Below, piece after piece: positions 58,349 to 64,000 of a DNA stretch of 64,000 bases; position 1 is the first letter of the stretch; each line of letters begins with the position of its first letter. The DNA lies in the NCBI GenBank assembly GCA_964491475.1, contig CAZBFO010000003.1, forward strand, positions 253,293-317,292, read 5' to 3'. This stretch comes from an uncultured Gammaproteobacteria bacterium. GTDB lineage: Bacteria > Patescibacteriota > Patescibacteriia > SG8-24. The notes below the pieces were generated by a model that was given only the letters and a program-made list of their open reading frames with translations, ran no database searches and was not told where the DNA came from. Position numbers and translations under genes: made by a program.

Positions 58349-59185
58349 GTGACGAATACCTATCAGCGTGAAGTGTTCCGCGACGACGCGGGGTTCGTGA
58401 TTCGTTCGTTGGCTGCAGATACCAAGCTGGTGATCGGACCGGAGGACGCCATCCTCCATGTCGACATCCAGACAGCCTTCATGACCGACCACGTCCGCGA
58501 TGGCAAGACCATCAGCGGTGGCGGCCTGGGCGTTCCGGGCGGGCACTGCGTCGTCGACGTGGCCCTGCGCAACAGCTCGTTCTTCACGGACGGGCAGCGC
58601 TACTTCAGCCTCGACCGGCATCCGGAAGGGCACGTGGGCGACGTCAACTCGTACGAAGGCTTGGCGCCGTTCACCGACCTCACCGTCGACATGGTTACGG
58701 CCTGGCCGGACGGCAGCCGCATCGTCAGCCCGCACTTCGACCGCGAGTACCTGCTGCGGTATCTGGCCAGCACCCCGACGCACAGGCAGACGCTGTGGCC
58801 GAAGCATGCGCGCAGGGGAACGGCGGAGACCGAACGGCATCCGGCCATGCGGCACCTCACGTGCATGCGCACGCTCGTCAAGGGGCAAGACCCGCGGGTG
58901 GACAGCTACTCGCCGTTCCAGGACAACATCGGTCGTTCGACCGGTCTGGGACAGGAGATGAGAGCCGACGGCGTGAAGCGGCTGTTCATCGACGGCCTCG
59001 CCTACAACGTCTGCGTCGGTCACGCCGCCATCGACGCGTATCTGCTGTTCGGCTTCGAGACCTTTGTCATCAAAGACGCCACGCGGTCGGTGCAGATTCC
59101 CGGCCTCGAGGTGCAGATGGACAACGACCTGGGCCTGTGCCCCGGCGTGCACATCATCACCTCGGACATGTTGGCGTCGGCCTAG
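58349..59185 (+). CDS. isochorismatase-family cysteine hydrolase, candidate nicotinamidase (PncA-like), unusually long
   Basis: GTG start with AAAAAGGAGAC Shine-Dalgarno sequence. Catalytic-type motifs ILHVDIQTAFM (Asp) and RLFIDGLAYNVCVGHAAIDA (Cys). An insertion of about 70 aa is present relative to typical ~200-aa PncA. Its position between nrtR and the NAD synthesis genes supports a nicotinamidase role. Confidence 0.55.
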   Translation: MTNTYQREVFRDDAGFVIRSLAADTKLVIGPEDAILHVDIQTAFMTDHVRDGKTISGGGLGVPGGHCVVDVALRNSSFFTDGQRYFSLDRHPEGHVGDVNSYEGLAPFTDLTVDMVTAWPDGSRIVSPHFDREYLLRYLASTPTHRQTLWPKHARRGTAETERHPAMRHLTCMRTLVKGQDPRVDSYSPFQDNIGRSTGLGQEMRADGVKRLFIDGLAYNVCVGHAAIDAYLLFGFETFVIKDATRSVQIPGLEVQMDNDLGLCPGVHIITSDMLASA

Positions 59186-59375
59186 TTCCTTTCGTTGGTG
59201 CGGAGCACGTCGGTTTTTTGCCGACGCGCTCCGCGATCTTTTTCTTCCGCTGCCCGCGCTTCGGTTCGCAGCATGCCATGGCGCTCATCTTGCATGAGCG
59301 TCGCGGCGTGCCTCGAGATACGCTCGGGCGCAAGGTCATTGCATTTTCGGAAACAGCTACGACAAGGAGGCAGTC

Positions 59376-60791
59376 ATGCCGAAACGCGTCGCCATCTACG
59401 GCGGAAGTTTCAATCCGCCGGCGCATCATCGCGGCGTGGTGGAACGGGTGATGCAGCCTGCCTGCAGGCCCCGCATCGACGAACTGGTGGTGGTGCCTTG
59501 CGGCCCGCGACCGGACAAGCTCAAGAACGACGACACCGATCCGGCACACCGCGCCGCGATGTGCGACATCGCCTTTCGCGGGCTGAAGAACGTGCGCTTG
59601 GACCTGTTCGATCTCGAGAACAACGTCTTCACCAGACAGCTGGAGCTGCAGGAACGCTACGCAGCCGATGGAACCGAGGTATGGCACGTCGTCGGGGCCG
59701 ACCTGGTGAAGGGCGGCGCAAAGGGCGAGTCCGACATCCAGAAGAAGTGGACCCGCGGCGCCGAAGTGTGGGAGAACCTGAACTTCATCGTGGTGCGGCG
59801 TGAGGGGTATCCTCTCGATGATGCTGACCTGCCGCCGCGCTGCGAGATTGTCGGCGTGCAGGATGGCGACGGTGTGGATCGGGTTTCGGGGGCGAGCTCG
59901 AAGATTCGGCTAATGATTTACGATCGGGAGCCGTACAAGCATCTGGTGTCGTCAGAGATTCACGACTACATCGAGCGGTACAACTTGTATCGAGGAGCTC
60001 GCGTTGCAAAGACCACCTCCCTCAAGCTGCCTTCGCCGCGCCCGTTCTTCGTCATCGACGTTGGCAATCCCAAGGCCGAGGCGCTGGCGGCGAAGTACGG
60101 CGCCGCCGGAATCGGCGTCGATGAGGAGCGAGCCAACTGCATCGTCTCCGTCGGCGGCGACGGGCACATGCTGCGTACGGTGCGTCAGCACTGGCGGCGG
60201 CGGTTGCCGTTCGTGGGCATCAACGCCGGGCACGTGGGCTACCTGCTCAACGACCAGCAATTGTTCGGCGACCTGCCGGAGCTGCTGGCCGACCTGCGCG
60301 TGCATCTGCTCACGCAGCTGTCGGTCGAGGCGGAGGACTTGGACGGCAACGTCTCGCACCACTACGGGTTCAACGACGCCTGGGTGCGCGACACCGGACA
60401 AGCCGCCTGGCTCGATGTCACCGTGAATGGTCGCGTAGGCCGCATCATCGGCGACGGCGCGCTGGTCTCTACGCCTGCCGGCTCAACCGGTTATGCGTGG
60501 TCGATGGGAGCGCATCCCATTCTCGTCGACGGCGACGAGATTCTGCTGGTGGGCAACAACGTCTGTCGGCCGAGAGGCTGGCAGTTCATGCGACTGCCAA
60601 AGCACACCGTTATCGAACTGGTCGCCGACGGCGGCGACAAGCGCAAAGTCAGCGGATACGTCGACGGCATGCCGCTGGGCTTCGTTCGGAGGATGCGCTG
60701 CACCTCCAGCAAGATCGCTTCGGTCGAGCTGGCCTTCTCGCCGCAACGCGACTTGGCGGCCAAGTTGAGCGACCAGATGTTTCCGGAGTGA
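59376..60791 (+). CDS. bifunctional fusion: nicotinate/nicotinamide mononucleotide adenylyltransferase (NadD-like) + NAD kinase (NadK)
   Basis: N-terminal ~190 aa: VAIYGGSFNPPAHHRGVVE…(H)VVGADLV…VSGASSKIR, matching the nucleotidyltransferase (H/T)xGH and ISSTxIR motifs of NadD. C-terminal ~270 aa: IVSVGGDGHMLRTV (GGDG), FVGINAGHVGYL, and DGALVSTPAGSTGYAWSMGAHPIL (NAD kinase DGxxxxTPTGSTAY motif). Single continuous ORF of 471 aa. Confidence 0.7.
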   Translation: MPKRVAIYGGSFNPPAHHRGVVERVMQPACRPRIDELVVVPCGPRPDKLKNDDTDPAHRAAMCDIAFRGLKNVRLDLFDLENNVFTRQLELQERYAADGTEVWHVVGADLVKGGAKGESDIQKKWTRGAEVWENLNFIVVRREGYPLDDADLPPRCEIVGVQDGDGVDRVSGASSKIRLMIYDREPYKHLVSSEIHDYIERYNLYRGARVAKTTSLKLPSPRPFFVIDVGNPKAEALAAKYGAAGIGVDEERANCIVSVGGDGHMLRTVRQHWRRRLPFVGINAGHVGYLLNDQQLFGDLPELLADLRVHLLTQLSVEAEDLDGNVSHHYGFNDAWVRDTGQAAWLDVTVNGRVGRIIGDGALVSTPAGSTGYAWSMGAHPILVDGDEILLVGNNVCRPRGWQFMRLPKHTVIELVADGGDKRKVSGYVDGMPLGFVRRMRCTSSKIASVELAFSPQRDLAAKLSDQMFPE

Positions 60792-60886
60792 GCCGCGCGG
60801 GCAAGCGATCGCTTGCCCCCTTTCTTCCGACGACGAAACCTTTCGTCTGCGGAAGATCGGACCGTTCCTTCCAAAAGGGGGACAAC

Positions 60887-61624
60887 ATGGAAAAGAAAGT
60901 CAGCAGCGTGGGAGCGCTGCGCCCCAGCTACGAGCTGGAAGACATCAGGCTGGAACGGCGCGGCTACCTGTCGCTGTTCAGCTATCACGTCGACGGGTTC
61001 GCGCACCGCTTCGAAGTGCTCGATCGCGGGCAGGACGCCGTCATCGTGCTGCCGGTCGATTGGCAGCGGCGGGTGCTGTACCTGATCCGCCAACCGCGCC
61101 CCAACAAGGCGCTGGCGTCGGCCGTCGGCCGCTCCGCTTTGGACACGGCGCGGACCGACCGTTATGTCAGGTTTTGCGCCTCGGACGCCGACGTGCACAC
61201 GCTCGATTCGCCGGCAGGCATGATCGACGGCAAGGAAACTCCCGTCGACGCCGCGATACGCGAAACGTTGGAAGAAACGGGCTTCGTCATCTCCGCCGAA
61301 TCGTTGGCGCAGGTGTCGAGGCACTTCACTTCCACCGGCTGCTCCACCGAGCGGCACGTCTGCTGCTTGGCCTCCGTAACCAAGGACACCGAGCGGCGGC
61401 AGCCGGAAGGCGACGGCGACGAGCACATCGTCACCATCGAAGTGCCCTTCGACGAGGCCTTCGCCATGCTCGACGAGATGCGCGTGGAGCAGTCCACGCT
61501 GGCGGTGCTGCTGCGCGAGGTCAAGCTCCGCGAGCAGGCTCGTGCCATCGCCGAACTGGAATCGCGTTTGCGCGACCAGGCGCTGACCATTCGGCACCTG
61601 ACCGACATGGACGACGGCTTTTGA
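60887..61624 (+). CDS. Nudix hydrolase, ADP-ribose pyrophosphatase-like, with C-terminal coiled-coil tail
   Basis: AAAGGGGGAC before the ATG at 60887. Nudix box PAGMIDGKETPVDAAIRETLEETGFV. The N-terminal beta region (YLSLFSYHVDGFAHRFEVLDRG.DAVIVLPVD) resembles NudF-type ADPRases. C-terminus LREVKLREQARAIAELESRLRDQALTIRHL. Confidence 0.6.
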   Translation: MEKKVSSVGALRPSYELEDIRLERRGYLSLFSYHVDGFAHRFEVLDRGQDAVIVLPVDWQRRVLYLIRQPRPNKALASAVGRSALDTARTDRYVRFCASDADVHTLDSPAGMIDGKETPVDAAIRETLEETGFVISAESLAQVSRHFTSTGCSTERHVCCLASVTKDTERRQPEGDGDEHIVTIEVPFDEAFAMLDEMRVEQSTLAVLLREVKLREQARAIAELESRLRDQALTIRHLTDMDDGF

Positions 61625-61729
61625 CCGCCGACTTCGATTCCCCGGCAAGCTTCCCGCTTGCCCTTCTTCTTCCGCTCACGACTTCCGGTCGTGCGCGGAA
61701 ATCAGAAGGTTCTTTCCACGGAGGCGTTC

Positions 61730-62989
61730 GTGCCCATCATCACGTCATTGCTCGAGGTCGATTTCTACAAGTTCACGATGGCCCAGGTCATCCGCAGGCA
61801 CCATGCCGGCGTGCAGGTCCGGTTCGCCTTCAAGAATCGCAGCAGCAAGACCGACCTGATCGCAAAAGTGGTCGACATCGGCCGGCTGCGCGAGGAGCTG
61901 GAGCATGCGCGCAGCCTGCGGCTGACTCCCGAGGAGATCGACTATCTCCGGCACTGCCCCGGCTATCCCGCCGGGCTGTTCTCCGAGGAGTTTCTCGGGT
62001 TCTTGTCCGAGTTGCGGCTGCCGCCCATTGAGGTCGGCATGCGCGACGGCGAGATCAGCGTCGAGGCGACCGGCGATTGGGAGAGCGTCACCTTCTGGGA
62101 GACGATCGTCCTGAACGTGGTCAACGAGCTGTACTACGACGGCCTGCGCCAACGCGACGGCACGCAAGCCGCCATCGACGATGCCGCCTGGGACCTCCTC
62201 TATCACCCCTTCTGGGATGACGGGCGTCACAAGCTGCGGCAGAAGATCGAGCGCGTCAGGCAGATGCCGTCGGCGCGGATCATCGATTTCGGCAACCGCC
62301 GGCACCACAGCGCCTGGTGGCACGGCGAAGTGCTCAAGGAGCTGGTCAAGGGACTGCCCGGACAGCTGCTCGGCACCTCCTGCGTGCGCCTGGCGAAGAA
62401 GCACGGCATCAAGCCGATCGGCACCTTCGCGCATGAGATGTACATGTGCTATGCCGCGCTCGCGCCGACGTACGACGAGATGGTCCGCTCTCACGCCAAG
62501 GTCCTGAAGGACTGGCGCGAGACGTACGGCGACGAACTGTCCGTCGCGCTGACCGACACCTTCGGCAGCGGATTCTTCTTCCGCTGCATGACCGAGCGGA
62601 TGGCCAAGGACTGGCAGTGGCTGCGCCACGACTCCGGAAGTCCCTACGACTTCGGCGAGCGCGCCATCGGCTTCTACGGGGCGCACGGCATCGATCCCGC
62701 CACCAAGGGCATCGTCTTCAGCGACGGGCTGACGGTCGAGGTCATCGAGAAACTGGTCGCCCAGTTCGACGGTCGCATCAAGTTGGCCTTCGGATGGGGG
62801 ACGGACCTCACCAACGACCTCGGCTACCGGCCGCTGTCGCTGGTGATGAAGGCGGTTGAGGCGGACGGGTACGAGACGGTGAAGCTGTCCGACAATCCCG
62901 CCAAGGCGACGGGCTCGGCGGGCGTCATCAACCTTTACAAACGCCTCTTCCAGTACGAGGAAGGGGAGCGGGAGGAATGCACGTTCTAG
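61730..62989 (+). CDS. pncB: nicotinate phosphoribosyltransferase
   Basis: SLLEVDFYKFTMAQVIRRH parallels E. coli PncB LLDTDAYKLHMQQAVFHHY. A GGAGG precedes an in-frame GTG at 61730, the preferred start. The ORF-track ATG at 61658 is the alternative. Confidence 0.8.
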   Translation: MPIITSLLEVDFYKFTMAQVIRRHHAGVQVRFAFKNRSSKTDLIAKVVDIGRLREELEHARSLRLTPEEIDYLRHCPGYPAGLFSEEFLGFLSELRLPPIEVGMRDGEISVEATGDWESVTFWETIVLNVVNELYYDGLRQRDGTQAAIDDAAWDLLYHPFWDDGRHKLRQKIERVRQMPSARIIDFGNRRHHSAWWHGEVLKELVKGLPGQLLGTSCVRLAKKHGIKPIGTFAHEMYMCYAALAPTYDEMVRSHAKVLKDWRETYGDELSVALTDTFGSGFFFRCMTERMAKDWQWLRHDSGSPYDFGERAIGFYGAHGIDPATKGIVFSDGLTVEVIEKLVAQFDGRIKLAFGWGTDLTNDLGYRPLSLVMKAVEADGYETVKLSDNPAKATGSAGVINLYKRLFQYEEGEREECTF

Positions 62990-63091
62990 TCGCGTGCGAT
63001 TCGGTCGCGGTCCTCTTGGACCGCCCTTTTCTGGGGAAGCCGAGGCAACTCGGCTGTCCCATCCGAAGGATGTTCTTTGCAAGAGGAGCGA

Positions 63092-64000
63092 ATGATGTTG
63101 ACCGGCAGCTACGAGTCCGTGCTGTTCGTCGGCACCGGCGGCGGCAACGACGTTTTTTCGACGGTGTTGGCGTCGCACTGTTTGCGCGAATACGGGGTCC
63201 GCTGGGGACGCAGCGCCATCGCGGGCGTGGTCAGCCCGTTTCACCGTCATGAGCTGGGGAGCACCGTGTTTCCCGGCGTCGGGCTGGTGACGCCCACTTC
63301 CGTGCGGCGGCTTTCACGACGCGGCGACTTGCGCGAGATCGGCTTCGTCGACGCTCGCGTGTCGCAGCTGGTGCGCCGCGGCAGGATCATGACCGACTGC
63401 GTCTACGCGCTCTCGCTGGAGCGCGGCGCCGAAGGCATGGCCGAGTCGTTCGCTGCGCTTGCCAGGGAGTTCGAGCTGATCGTGCTGGTCGACGTCGGGG
63501 GAGACATCTTCTTTGACGGCGAGGACCCGCACGTCATCAGCCCGATGTTCGACGCCATGACGCTGCGCGGCTTCACCGACAGCGGCGCCAAGGGGGTGCT
63601 GTTCGAAGCCGGTCCGGGAACGGACGGCGAGATCGAACCGGAATCGCTGGTCTGCGCGCTGGATCACAGCGGCGGCCTGGCCGACGCGCACCCGATCCCG
63701 CTTGACGCGATGACCCGCTGGGCCGCGCTTTACGGGGAGCACGTCGCCCCGGTCCGTCCCGGCAACACCGTGCCGCGGACCATCGAGGCGTACTGCTCGT
63801 CGGAGCCGGTGCTCACGGTGCCGCACCGCCTGCGCGCGCACCTCGGCGACGTGCGGTGTCACGTGACCTTCACGCAGCGGATCGTCACCGACCTGTGCAA
63901 GAAGTTCTACCTGGTCGACCCCAAGCGCGTGCTCAACCCGTTCGCGGTGCCGTGCGACAGTCCGGCCAAGTGGTTCTGGCTGACGCAGGTGCTGTGGGGA
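63092..64000 (+). CDS. hypothetical protein, 3'-truncated by the window edge
   Basis: AAGAGGAGCG Shine-Dalgarno sequence before ATGATG at 63092. Open frame with no stop to the window end. N-terminal VLFVGTGGGNDVFSTVLA is a Gly-rich nucleotide-binding-like loop loosely reminiscent of CofD/YvcK-type folds (weak). Absent from the ORF track because it lacks a stop. Confidence 0.5.
   Translation, partial: MMLTGSYESVLFVGTGGGNDVFSTVLASHCLREYGVRWGRSAIAGVVSPFHRHELGSTVFPGVGLVTPTSVRRLSRRGDLREIGFVDARVSQLVRRGRIMTDCVYALSLERGAEGMAESFAALAREFELIVLVDVGGDIFFDGEDPHVISPMFDAMTLRGFTDSGAKGVLFEAGPGTDGEIEPESLVCALDHSGGLADAHPIPLDAMTRWAALYGEHVAPVRPGNTVPRTIEAYCSSEPVLTVPHRLRAHLGDVRCHVTFTQRIVTDLCKKFYLVDPKRVLNPFAVPCDSPAKWFWLTQVLWG

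Overview
This is a high-G+C bacterial chromosomal segment, about 64 kb, with dense coding mostly on the + strand. From 5' to 3' it carries the following. (1) Cell-wall and housekeeping genes: murC (5' partial), murB, hpf, a low-G+C ORF6N-domain insertion, and secA. (2) A run of 'house-cleaning' nucleotide enzymes: a MutT-like Nudix, an EEP-family phosphoesterase, a VOC/glyoxalase protein, a YjjX-type ITPase/XTPase, a second Nudix, and a decayed VanX-like dipeptidase remnant. (3) A HAD hydrolase, an APC permease and two tandem S41 C-terminal processing proteases. (4) An MQO-family FAD oxidoreductase. (5) An AT-rich island followed by a surface-protein locus. The locus is dominated by a 5,555-codon gene (19016..35683) for a secreted Thr/Ser/Gly-rich mosaic repeat protein with a C-terminal H-type-lectin-like module. 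Downstream lie a small secreted protein, a protein with three peptidoglycan-binding repeats and a DxDYND motif, msrA, and on the other strand a 1,206-aa Ser/Thr-rich surface protein next to a trypsin-like protease and a standalone C39-like peptidase. (6) rlmI, a TPR membrane protein, PBP1A and a membrane-anchored thermonuclease. (7) A HEAT/methyltransferase-like fusion, an IMPase-family phosphatase and a translationally coupled pair of unknown paralogs. (8) An NrtR-headed NAD salvage operon: NrtR, a PncA-like gene, a fused NadD::NadK gene, a Nudix ADP-ribose pyrophosphatase and PncB, followed by a 3'-partial hypothetical gene. Most long ORFs antisense to real genes are treated as high-G+C frame artefacts. 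All functional calls come from reading motifs in the translations by eye; no database searches were possible.
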